A DNA stretch of 63,527 bases, the filler included, from Lenisia limosa (taxonomy: Eukaryota; Protista; Breviatea), in assembly GCA_001655205.1 (NCBI GenBank). It is 16 parts of 16 records of this genome, joined end to end, with 100 filler letters (N's around TTAATTAATTAA, not from the genome) between each part and the next. Parts side by side here need not be neighbours in the genome. Positions count along the whole stretch, not along the records: positions 1 to 5,092 come from LPNZ01001238.1; positions 5,193 to 7,887 come from LPNZ01003223.1; positions 7,988 to 12,817 come from LPNZ01010235.1; 13 more parts are not named here. One strand, 5' to 3'. The position numbers were made by a program, and so were the translations under genes. Shown piece by piece: positions 1 through 10,508 of this stretch; positions within the stretch are counted from its first letter, which is position 1; each line of letters begins with the position of its first letter. The notes below the pieces were generated by a model, which did no database searches, was not told the DNA's origin, and saw nothing but the letters and a program-made list of their open reading frames with translations.

Positions 1-179
1 AATAAATTTTTTTTTTTTTTTTATAGGGTTTTATAGGGTTTAGCCGGTCCTGCATATTGATAAGCCAGAATAGGCAAATAATTCGAAAAATCACAGTTAG
101 ACACTGTTCTGGGGGTATAATATTTATGTCATTGTGTTATACACTTCATTTCAATGAAAAGAAGTCTTTGTATCTACTT

Positions 180-905
180 TCCAAGAGTTTACCTGTTCGG
201 GTTGAAGAGCCTCACAACCAAGGGTCACGAAAGGCTTGGGACATTATGCTAACGATGATCCGCAAATGCTTGACGGGAGACACTTCAGAGTACAACATTG
301 ATTTTCTATTCTTGGCGTTATAACGGGAGTCGATGTCAAATCTACCAATCGGGTCGTCGTGGTCCGAGGTGAAGATATTGAAATCCCTGGTGATGGGCTT
401 GAGAACCTTGAGGCCACGGGGATCGTAGCGGGGTTTAGTGGCCTCCACTCTTCGCCTGCCGCCACTCCTTAGTCATCGCAGAAGACAAGCGCCAGGCCGA
501 CCTCGAACATTGTGGCTCCCACCACAATCACCGCCATATCCTCCTCAAGATAAGCTGCTCTCAAGAAAAATGTTGGCCCTCTATCTCCGCCTTTCCCAGC
601 CCACCGACAATCTAGCTGAGATAACTATTACATAACCAAAAGCCCATTCAAAAATACTCAAGACCTCTCCAGCATGAGAATGTTCAACTTGGTGAACTCA
701 GAGATGTTACATTTAGGTATCAGTACCTTCATTGGCGGTCTGGAACTTGGAGTCAGCGTCATCTTGAAGGTGCGAGACCGGCTACAATAGTCGATCCACA
801 ATTCATTGTATTGTTTTGGTGAAATCAATTCAGAGAACAGAAAGTTGTGGGTGAAGTATCATCCAGGAAACAGGTTAATGGCCGTCTATAATGTCTCCAG
901 TAAAA
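180..905 (-). CDS. Hypothetical multi-exon protein fragment
   Basis: GC-richer exon-like blocks such as PVSHLQDDADSKFQTANE followed by a GT donor, and VEATKPRYDPRGLKVLKP. No family recognised. Confidence 0.3.
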
Positions 906-1096
906 GTTTTTGATTTGTCTTTACAGTTTTGAATAATGTCCAGAGCTTTGGGGACCCGGCAACAAACGTAATACTAATTTATCATTCTCTCGATTGGGAC
1001 TGAATAGCATCAAAATCATGGTTCACTTAAAACATTTGCTTATCTTAGACCCCCCCTCTGCCTTTTTTTTTTTTTAAAAAAAGAAACAGTTACAAA

Positions 1097-1162
1097 TAGG
1101 GCTTCACTTCGGTTCGAAATATGGATTGTTTTGAGTCTTTTTTCAACCAAAGTGAAACCCTA
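1097..1162. mobile_element. hAT-like MITE family A, internally deleted copy
   Basis: TIRs TAGGGCTTCACTTCGGTTCGAAA...AGTGAAACCCTA. Flanking 8-mers GTTACAAA/GTTACAAG match at 7 of 8 positions. Confidence 0.75.
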
Positions 1163-1889
1163 GTTACAAGGTTACCTTAATTCTTCAGTCAAATGCTTTT
1201 TTTTTCAAGTTGGTTGGAATGCTTGGCTCGAGATTCCATTTAGACCGGCTTGTTGCTGCTGAATTTATTTCATCGATTCCAAACTGCCTCCTCATTCCTG
1301 TTGAAGGTTTTTTTTACATTGTTTTTAATTTAAGCCAGCTTAGTTGTAACATTTAATTGCTTGCAATCAATAATTAGTCCTTACTGCAATCCATTTATTG
1401 ATAGTCAAGCACATTTTATCATTAGTTTGCATACTTTTTTTTAAAAAAAAGTTACATATTCAACTTGGGGAATATTATCATGATATCTTATAATTGTGAT
1501 ATACATACATAATATCGATATGATATAATATTAAGAGATATGATATGAGTATATCATATATATATCTAATATATGAGCAGATACTGCGAATAAGCCAAAA
1601 ATTGCATAGAATTGCTTTAATAACGAAACTAAAATGACTATCAATTACATGCAACATCATGGGAGACACAGATGTATGATAGTTTTGTTTATGGTTTCCC
1701 CTGGTGAGGCCGCAGAAAACTCATTTTTGAGAACAAGAATAATATCATATATCATACATACATTGAATAAATCTGACGAACCCCCGGTTTTGGGGCTCAT
1801 CTCCACAATTTTCTAATCAATGATTATGATGTGGTTATGAAGTATACATGATATATCTATCTATAACTCTACTATTATTCTTAAAACCT

Positions 1890-2050
1890 TTGATGTCTAC
1901 AATTCTAACTCTGGCACCTCCTGAATCTGTGCCATAAGACGGATTTAGGAGGGCCTACCTGGGTTATTATGCAGGGGCTATTCATGCTGGGGAGGCACGC
2001 AGAAAGCTGTGTGCACAGAGTTGTAAGGCAAATGATTGGGTGAATTAAAC
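1890..2050 (-). repeat. Dispersed repeat family D, 3' half including the long hairpin
   Basis: Reverse complement matches 49330-49460, 20160-20215 and 32360-32415 (cacccaatcatttgcctaacaactctgtgcacacagc...cctcct..atccgtc). Confidence 0.75.
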
Positions 2051-2064
2051 TTTCATCCAATATA

Positions 2065-2656
2065 GTTAAAACCGCGAACATGATTAAAACCGCGAACAAA
2101 AAGGAGGCTTTTCTTTCAATTTTGAGTCAATATGCTCTTACCTTTTCTGCCGTTCCAGAACGGTAAATGGGTTATTGACGCAGTATATACTTTAATCAGA
2201 CGTCTATTTCGTCCATTGGCTCTATTATAGAGACTGAACAAGGAAAATTCTTGAAAAAACCGTGACAAAAGTTGACTTAAATACCTCAAAACCACTACAT
2301 TTTCTCCAAAAATGGACTTCAGATTCGAATTCTCCTTAAAAAATCGCGTTTCTATGGTGGGGCACTTTAATAGGCTCAAAATGCTATGTTTCTGAAAGAG
2401 GGGGGTTTCAAAAAATATTTTCGCGTAAAGGAAACTGGGTGACCCCGGCCGGGTCGATTCTGATCAAAAGATCTTTTTTTTCGATTTTTTTATCTCCTCT
2501 TTTTTTTCTTCTTTTTGCTCATAATTTCTTTGTTTTGATGTTATTGATAGTCTAGTACTCAAAACTGCCGAATTTCACACTAAAAAGGGTGTTATTGAAG
2601 CGATTTATGTCGATTTTTGGCTTGTTCGCGGTTTTAATCATGTTCGCGGTTTTAAC
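2065..2656. mobile_element. Non-autonomous TIR element (~590 bp)
   Basis: 35-bp perfect inverted repeats GTTAAAACCGCGAACATGATTAAAACCGCGAACAA, containing an internal tandem unit. No coding capacity and no clear TSD. Confidence 0.75.
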
Positions 2657-2682
2657 CACCAACCTATAACTTCAGTCCACCC

Positions 2683-5070
2683 ACCTGTTGCTGTGTAGAG
2701 AGGCGTCCAATAGAGTACGATGAGGCATGCTGAAGAGTAAGAAATAAATCTGTGAGAGCTTCGTGAAAGTATTGGAGTTACATTCAGATAAATCAACAAC
2801 GTTTATTTATCGAAATATGAAGCTAGTAACACATATTATAGCTAGTATCTGATATCATACTGTATATGAAGTTGAGTCCTTCTTCATTACAACTGACTGA
2901 CTTCCCCGAACCGTCTTCTGAATAGAGCCCTCTCGCAGCTGTGTAGCCAACCTCAAAAACAGACACGTTCGTCAAGGGGCCCATTAAAGTCTCGAAGTCA
3001 GCAGGAGGGCTGTCGTTTGGCAAGTCCTGGGGGAGGGGGGGGGGGTAACACTAGGGGCGGCAAAATTGGAAACTGTATGAAACAACACCACAATCAACTC
3101 TGTTGGCTTGTAACACACGCGGATTAAAAACAACAAAACAAACAAATCCTAGGTGTAATTCAAAAGCAACCCCCTCAACCCCCTCCTCACGGTAGCGACA
3201 GAGTAACATGAAGCTTGACTATGGTGAGCAATAACTGCCTGAATCTGTGCGTTCGAGCAGTCCACAGCAACGTATGCTACAAAGGATATAAGCATGACCT
3301 TGGAAGAGGATGGATGAGACGAGAAGAGAGTTCTTGGAAAGCAAAGGCAAACCATATTATTCTTAGTCAATCAAAACAAAGCTGACGAAAATCAAGTTCA
3401 GAGTATAACAAAAAAACAAAAATACTCAAATATATTGTGATGCATATTTGGAATTTGTGCTATCCAGGGTTGAAACCCTCAAACTCCCACCGAATTTCGT
3501 AGTCTTGGACTTGATGGGGCTGGTATTACGACGTGAAAGCGTTTCGTTCTCTCCAAGATTGTGTTTCATCGNNNNNNNNNNNNNNNNNNNNNNNNNNNNN
3601 NNNNNNNNNNNNNNNNNNNNNNNNNNNNNNNNNNNNNNNNNNNNNNNNNNNNNNNNNNNNNNNNNNNNNNNNNNNNNNNNNNNNNNNNNNNNNNNNNNNN
3701 NNNNNNNNNNNNNNNNNNAAGCGCTGGTCAGAGAAGTAGTCCCCTGTTTGCCAACCTCTGAGCTTAGACGATCACCATACAGCGGGAACTCATCATGTGC
3801 AAGCAATGGCAAATATGGCCTTGACTGCGGGGGGGGGGGGGTTAAGTCAAAAATCATTAAACTAGAATCAGCCTTTCCCCAAGGTACAATGCTCAATAAT
3901 ACCATATTTTATCATGTTGTGGNNNNNNNNNNNNNNNNNNNNNNNNNNNNNNNNNNNNNNNNNNNNNNNNNNNNNNNNNNNNNNNNNNNNNNNNNNNNNN
4001 NNNNNNTTCATTGCAGTTGAGGGGAGTGCGGGAAAACAGGGAGGAGAGAGCAGCCACCGTCAGCAGCCTATGTAACAATGAATAAGAGGAAAACGATGAA
4101 AGGTGAACAGCTGATTGAGGCTCATAAAATAAGCGATGAATTCACATCAACAAGTATTATCAATTCTCCTTTGATAGAGGAAACAAGAGTGTCAGAAAGA
4201 AGACGGAGAGAAGTAAACATCAGCCCAAAGTATCAACCAAAGTTCATTAGGTTTCTAGCAATACTGAATATATTTTCACATTGACCAAATAATATCGAAT
4301 CAACACTTGAGTCCACGATACTGGTACCTACCGTCGTGATACGATGTTGACAATAATCGGTTCGGACGCTACGTCCTTGGGAAGCTTCTTAAGGCCCTCG
4401 CATGCACTAAATAATTGGAAATGATACTTAGCAGTTGAAGAACTTATGCCCCTCACTGAATTATTAAGGTGGTTCAGTCCTTTTTATTTTAGAAATTATT
4501 CATAAAAGTATTGTAAAAAGATCCGTCAGGATAATTCCGCAGTGTAATTTTCTGTAGGAATCAGCTTCGGGTAGAAAAACGTAAAAATGCCCATTTTCCC
4601 GACTTGCGAGTTGAAGGCTCATTTTAATCACTTACCACACCCCCATGATTATTTTCCAAAATCAAAAAAAAGGACTGAACCACCTTGACTAGGCGTTTTC
4701 TATACGCTGCACTTTGCTGATCTACAAATCTAATGCGATAAATTTAGACACAATTAGCCAGGCCCCTTACGCTGTTGCTGCAGCGCCGTGCTGGTAGTTG
4801 AACTGAATGCGTGAGTTTGAAACAGAGTGTACTGTACTATGAGGGTGCCAAGTTAATGATTTAAATTCTACCACACAAAATTCCACCGTGAAACACCAAT
4901 AATCCTCAACAAAGGGATAAACACAGATCTTATACTAAGTAATAAAGCTCACCATATTGCCTTGGGCCAGAGCGAGGAAGGCAGGGGATGACCCGATAGC
5001 AAGGTTCGAGGCCTGAGCACTGTGGTGCTGCACCAGCAGAACACTACCAAGCCTGCGAAGGAATGAGTAA
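2683..5070 (-). CDS. Hypothetical multi-exon protein, 5' truncated
   Basis: Exon-like blocks bounded by AG/GT, e.g. AYVAVDCSNAQIQAVIAHHSQASCYSVAT joined in phase 0 to DLPNDSPPADFETLMGPLTNVSVFEVGYTAARGLYSEDGSGK. Family not recognised. Confidence 0.45.
3028..3152 (-). repeat. Family B intron-associated element (introner-like)
   Basis: Reverse complement reads gatttgtttgttttgttgtttttaat...agccaacagagttgatt...gtttcatacagtttccaatttt...cccctag, then a poly-C tract and AG. Forms the 3' part of an intron. Confidence 0.8.
4468..4684. mobile_element. Kolobok-like non-autonomous element (~217 bp)
   Basis: TIRs GGTGGTTCAGTCCTTTTT / AAAAAGGACTGAACCACC flanked by TTAA on the left and TTGA on the right. 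RR..YY termini with a TTAA-type TSD. Confidence 0.6.
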
Positions 5071-5092
5071 TGTGATGAAATGATTGGTCAAG

Positions 5093-5192
5093 NNNNNNNN
5101 NNNNNNNNNNNNNNNNNNNNNNNNNNNNNNNNNNNNTTAATTAATTAANNNNNNNNNNNNNNNNNNNNNNNNNNNNNNNNNNNNNNNNNNNN
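5093..5192. other. Artificial scaffold-joining spacer (44 N + TTAATTAATTAA + 44 N). Fifteen copies, with the 12-mer starting at 5137, 7932, 12862, 14588, 17606, 19773, 21591, 32144, 33898, 38203, 46725, 54927, 56579, 60363 and 61965
   Basis: Identical 12-mer with stops in all six frames, centred in ~100-bp N blocks. Genes are truncated at these points. Confidence 0.97.
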
Positions 5193-5208
5193 CCCCCCCC
5201 CCCCCCAG

Positions 5209-7787
5209 TTCCGATGAAGAAGACTTTGACCAGAGGGAGCAGCAAATCAAACGAGCGCAGAAGAAGCGAGAACAGAGGGCTCTTGAGAAAGAGAAGGAGA
5301 AAGAGAGGGAAAGGGAAAGGGAAAGTGAACGCCAAATTGCGCGTGAGAAGGAAGCGGAAGAGGAGGAGAGGCGGCGCCAAGCTGGCTCGGAAGAGGTTCT
5401 CGGGGATAATCTGTCTGTACATGTACATATAGTGACCGGGATAAGTCTTGACCGATTTGCTATGTAATATCCCAAGGAAAATAGGACAAGATTTATCCTG
5501 GTCACTGAATATCGTATAAAGGCAGATTTGTGAAGGATACATTCTTGCATTATATCAGGGGGAGTAGTGGTTTGTGATCTTCGGGGGCGATAGCAAAAGG
5601 GATTCAATGTTTAAAGGGAGCGTATTGTAATGAGAATGCATTTCAGACACTTTAATCTCCTCAGCAAATTGATTGACTGAGTATATGTATATTAGATATA
5701 TGATAAGTCTTCTGACCCTCTAGGAGTATGAACCTTGTTGGACACCACCAGGCACCCTTCAGGAACTCGTGGGAGGGGAGGGGGGAGGGGATTAGAACTC
5801 TGTGCGTTTATTTTTTGAAGAAATTAAACAAAAAAAAAGGGGGGGGGGTGCAGTTAATTCTGGCCTCTTTTTTTTGTTTCATAATTATCCAATGTTGTTA
5901 CCCCCAGATGCAGGTGTTGTCAGCCAACAGAGTTGATATGGGCTCTTTTTTTTTTTTTNNNNNNNNNNNNNNNNNNNNNNNNNNNNNNNNNNNNNNNNNN
6001 NNNNNNNNNNNNNNNNNNNNNNNNNNNNNNNNNNNNNNNNNNNNNNNNNNNNNNNNNNNNNNNNNNNNNNNNNNNNNNNNNNNNNNNNNNNNNNNNNNNN
6101 NNNNNNNNNNNNNNNNNNNNNNCCTACACCAACTTGGTACCGACAGTGGAAAACACTGAAGCGTACCTCTACTCCGACGGTGATGATGACGACTGTGGCG
6201 TCCCATGCACTAAGGCTAAATACGTGGGTTCATATTGTCAAACCGTTTTTTGCACTTTTTTTTTCTCCCAGACCATGTGTAAATTGTTTGTACATAGGGA
6301 ACTTATAATGTCATATCGTATACTCTGTACACACACATTTTTTGTACACGGATATATATGGTACATGTAGTATATTGAACTATATAATATATATCATATA
6401 TATATTTAGTCATTAATATCAAGACTTATCGCGTTAAGTACATAATGGATAAAAATCCCATACGTGTTTCTCTAAAATAAGCGTTGGTTGCTCGTGTTTG
6501 ATTGCTTGTTTTGTGTTTTTTATTTGTTTGGAGTTTCAGATTATTCGGTTCGTGAATAGTACCTTTACGCCTTCATCGAAATTTCCTTCGTTTTACCCCC
6601 CCCCCCNNNNNNNNNNNNNNNNNNNNNNNNNNNNNNNNNNNNNNNNNNNNNNNNNNNNNNNNNNNNNNACTCTCCTGTAGAAGGACTTTACAACACTCAC
6701 TCCGGCCGAAATAAAGGAGGATAACGACTTCATCAAAAGGTTAAGTGAAAAGCCTACACCAGACGATGACGTTCCCGACGATGAAGAAACTAGGGAGGCT
6801 GCCTTGAAGCTTGCTCGCGAGAATTTACAGTTGGGGGGGGGGGATGATTAACAATGTTATAATTAAGGCTTCCCTACGGTGCGAAAAAGACTGTTAAACT
6901 ATCGCTATTGATCGAGAATTAATCGAGAAATTCGGTCCATTTTGGGACCGTAGGCAAGCCCAAGTTATAATTTAGTAATTTGTAGAAAATAAAATATTAC
7001 AGCCCATTAAGTGAGAGGGGGGGGGGGTTGTCGTTTCATCAAGGAACATTTTTTTTCAAACAAGAGAAATAATAATATAATTAGAAATCTATGGAAACAA
7101 ATAAATACATAGGGATACCTTAAACTGAATTACTGCAGTCTCAGTTTCATAACACTTCAGCTGGATCAACCTCATGGCCACGCATCGAGACGAGGTATCT
7201 TATGGGGGAGGGATATTGATTTGAGGCCCTTTCGACTTTATATGCTTTCTTTTTGTTAATATGCCCTCCTTGTTAGGCTATTCTGTTCTCTAATTTGCCG
7301 TTTCTTCATGGTTTTTTTATTATTATTTTATCCTCTTTTGTCTTTCTTTTTCTCCTTTTAATTTTAGAGGTTGTTCTCACACTTCTACCATATAACTATT
7401 CCCTACGCGTTCAACAAAGACCGGTAAAATATCAATATTTATCGAGAATTCATTGAGATTGTCAGTCTATTTTGGGATCGTAGGGATCCTTAATCAGAAT
7501 AGTGCCCAGTATTTACTCCATAGGTGAAAGCAGCCGAAGAGGATCCCGAGGAAGACTTTGTAAGAGGCGACTTGACTTGACTTTTTGATGGCTTTTGGAC
7601 AGCCAAGCCCATATCACTAACAAAGCCCATACCAAGCCCAAATCACAAACCAACTAACCAACTGTGTATATTTGTTTCATAAATTTTCCAATTTCACGCC
7701 ACCACCATAGACGTGTACCCGAACATCGGTGTATAAGCGAACTGATAAGGACAAGCTTGACGCTAAGGTCATAGCGCACCGCCAGGT
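5209..7787 (+). CDS. Hypothetical protein with a charged coiled-coil and acidic segments (partial, multi-exon)
   Basis: Exons SDEEDFDQREQQIKRAQKKREQRALEKEKEKERERERESERQ, EYEPCWTPPGTLQEL, a probable 6-nt exon MQ, and KDFTTLTPAEIKEDNDFIKRL, with GT-AG boundaries. Confidence 0.5.
5430..5507. mobile_element. Tc1/mariner-like MITE family C (also 13397-13473, 52476-52531, 55044-55121, partial near 54707)
   Basis: TIRs CAGTGACCGGGATAAGT...ACTTATCCCGGTCACTG. TA flanks are clear at 52476-52531 and 55044-55121. Confidence 0.75.
6864..6963. mobile_element. hAT-like MITE family A (ccctacg subfamily)
   Basis: Termini TAAGGCTTCCCTACGG...CCGTAGGCAAGCCCAA with an exact 8-bp TSD GTTATAAT on both sides. Confidence 0.8.
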
Positions 7788-7987
7788 TTGTTGTTTTAAC
7801 GCAGAAATATGTGTGTATGGAGATTTTGGATTGTTTTGTCAGATTTTGTCCGTGTTACAGAGGGGGTGGGTTAAATTTGCCAATTGANNNNNNNNNNNNN
7901 NNNNNNNNNNNNNNNNNNNNNNNNNNNNNNNTTAATTAATTAANNNNNNNNNNNNNNNNNNNNNNNNNNNNNNNNNNNNNNNNNNNN

Positions 7988-9576
7988 AAGTTCCTTGGCC
8001 TCCATCGCCGATCGGAATCGTCGCTGCCTCTGTTGGTTCTGCTTTGCTCGGGGTGCCACACCTGGGGTAAATTTGGAAATTTATGAAACAACAAAAAACC
8101 AAATCAACTCTTTCATCCCGGGGTTATCAATGACAGTTCACCCGTTATAATGACCCAAAAGTGATACGCAAAATTAGCATACGTATTATACATATCATTA
8201 TATCCATCTGATATCATAAAAATGATATCATATATTAATACGACAAGCTGTTTTGCATCCCTGCAATGATTTGATATAGCATTTGTTCTTGCTACCCAAA
8301 AAAGCTTTGCCCCCCCCCCCCNNNNNNNNNNNNNNNNNNNNNNNNNNNNNNNNNNNNNNNNNNNNNNNNNNNNNNNNNNNNNNNNNNNNNNNNNNNNNNN
8401 NNNNNNNNNNNNNNNNNNNNNNNNNNNGTCACATGCAACCTAAGACGTAAGCTGTATCAACGCACTTGGCCGCAGGAGTTGGAACCGAAAAAGTTCGACT
8501 TTGCTAGATTAATTCGTTTACGGCTCTTTCTTTACTATTGATCAAGGGTGAACCTTTTCCTGTGTTCCATGGATACTAATACTCTAGGTGTTAAATCGAA
8601 CAGATATTCTGGATTTAGAAGAATCCAAAAGGGACACATTTTGTTTTGCTGAGAAAATTTCAACCCTACGACACCGGGTTTATCAGAACATATGTGAATC
8701 GTGGCCCCCAAAAACGGGTAAAATAACATATCAAGAATTCAAACACATTCCTTCTTTTTTGAAAACGAAAATGAAGCTCTCGCTCAAGCAGATGTGCAAA
8801 ATAGATAATTTTTTGAGTGAATCACGTTCAACTTGCTTAAAAATTTCTCTGAGCATCCGAGACAATCTTCTGATTTGAAAGCCTGCTTATCCGTACAACC
8901 CAGCTTTTAAAAAGGGTGAACCAAATATCTATATATTCAGCGGCTCTTGTTTTAGTTCTCAGCTCTACATATTTAGACAGTTGAGAACTTAGTATTTATT
9001 TGTTTACCCTTGATTTCTCATGGATATTATTTCTCTTGTTTCAAAAAAATGACCCGGATTCTGTCCTTTCATTCAACCTGTAACTTCGCGTTTCTACATC
9101 TACTCTGTGCCAACCTCCTCAATGTTGATTTTGGTCACAATCTGATTGTCGTCGGGATGGGTGCACTTGTGGATAATGCCGTTCATATCCAGGTACAGGT
9201 TATCTGAGGGGAGTAAAAATGGAAACTAAAAAAGCTTAAATCAACTCTGCTGGCATATAAAAATGCGTTCTAAAAGAGGGTTGGAACCCAACCGAACCCT
9301 AGATTTTGTTACTAAAAAAAAACTTGAAGTGACCCAAAAACAAAAAAAAAATAGAAAAGCCGAATCGGAAAAAGGTTTCCAGCAAATTGTTTCACCAAGA
9401 AGAATACAGTTGCTTTGTTTTTATCAATTATCAACCCCCTACCCATCAACAATACTCGCCTCAATAGCCATCCCAGCGAGCCTCAAACCATATTCAGGAA
9501 TATGTCCATCGCGACAATAGGTGTTGATCATCGGGTATCTTTCCGACACCCATCTGTAGAACTTGGGAATACCCAT
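7988..9576 (-). CDS. XRN1: 5'-3' exoribonuclease 1, N-terminal exons (3' truncated by the scaffold end)
   Basis: Spliced peptides MGIPKFYRWVSERYPMINTYCRDGHIPEY / DNLYLDMNGIIHKCTHPDD / VAPRAKQNQQRQRRFRSAMEAKE are the hallmark XRN N-terminal motifs. KFYRW-SERYP is XRN1-type. Confidence 0.9.
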
Positions 9577-10264
9577 TGCTGCCCGTCAGAAAGGGAAGTA
9601 AGGCAAAGGTGGGCTGAGGGCTGGTTTTTCGCGGGGAAAACTCGCGAACTTTCGTCCCTTGTCTTCTTTCGTTCCTTTCCGCCTCAAAATAACACGATTT
9701 GTTTAATATAACCACACAATATACGTATCGTGTCAATACTCTTTTCGTCTTTTCGTTGCTTAGTTAGATGTTTGATTTTTTGAATATATCTTAAACTGGT
9801 GGGGCTACGGGCGTAATGTTTGTGTCCTTTTTCTTTCTTCTTCAGAAGATAGAGCGAACTTGCGAACATAAAAAAAGAAAATAAGTTCGTACTACGATGT
9901 AAAATTGTGAAAATGATAAATGAACCAATGTTCAAAAATCACGAACATTGTGCTTGAGGCTATGTCACGTTCTAAACTAAACAACAAATGTATCGAACAG
10001 ATCGAACAAAACAAAAAGTCACAAAATACCAAGAAAAGATGCAAATCTCAAGCTACTGGGAGAAAATGGTGACTCCGGTTTCCATGCTAAAAGTGTTAGT
10101 GGCAAAAACACAGTCACAGGATTCCCAGATTTATCAAGAAATTTCCAACTCCAAAACGTATTATGATACTTATTTCAAGAGAGATCCACCTTTATGATCC
10201 TTGTTTCAATAGAGACTTTTCTGCAAAACAACTTAAATCCCTGCAATCCACAATGTTTCCCGGA

Positions 10265-10500
10265 TTTATTGAAATGAGAAAAAAAAAAAAAAAGGTTTTA
10301 TCTATCCGAAGCCGTCCTAACCATCATACTATCAGTGATTTTGGATTATAGCATAATATTAAATCAAGTATATTCTATAGAAATGAGGAATAAAAACAAG
10401 GTTGTACCATCACGCTTATAAGAGATTTATAGCGCTGTCCACATCATCACGCTTAAAAGAGATATTGGATCATAGAGCCGTCCAAACCATCAGGATTTCA
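10265..10500 (+). repeat. Family D repeat, several nested or partial copies (others at 13290-13395, 14105-14210, 14300-14355, 20075-20215, 24655-24690, 28880-28930, 29615-29660, 32270-32420, 49240-49460, 52400-52460)
   Basis: Shared core gaaataaaaaacaaggttgtatctggccgaagccgtccacaccatcacgcttataagagatattggattata. Confidence 0.8.
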
Positions 10501-10508
10501 TAGAGAAA

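Noticed and set aside
22-44. TTATAGGGTT x2 near the window start as a telomere
   Set aside because: Only two units, G-rich strand in the wrong orientation for a left end, and preceded by poly-T and other sequence.
5214-5432. Basic K/R-rich 72-aa ORF as a protamine-like protein
   Set aside because: It is an alternative frame of the E/K/R coiled-coil exon, which has proper splice sites.
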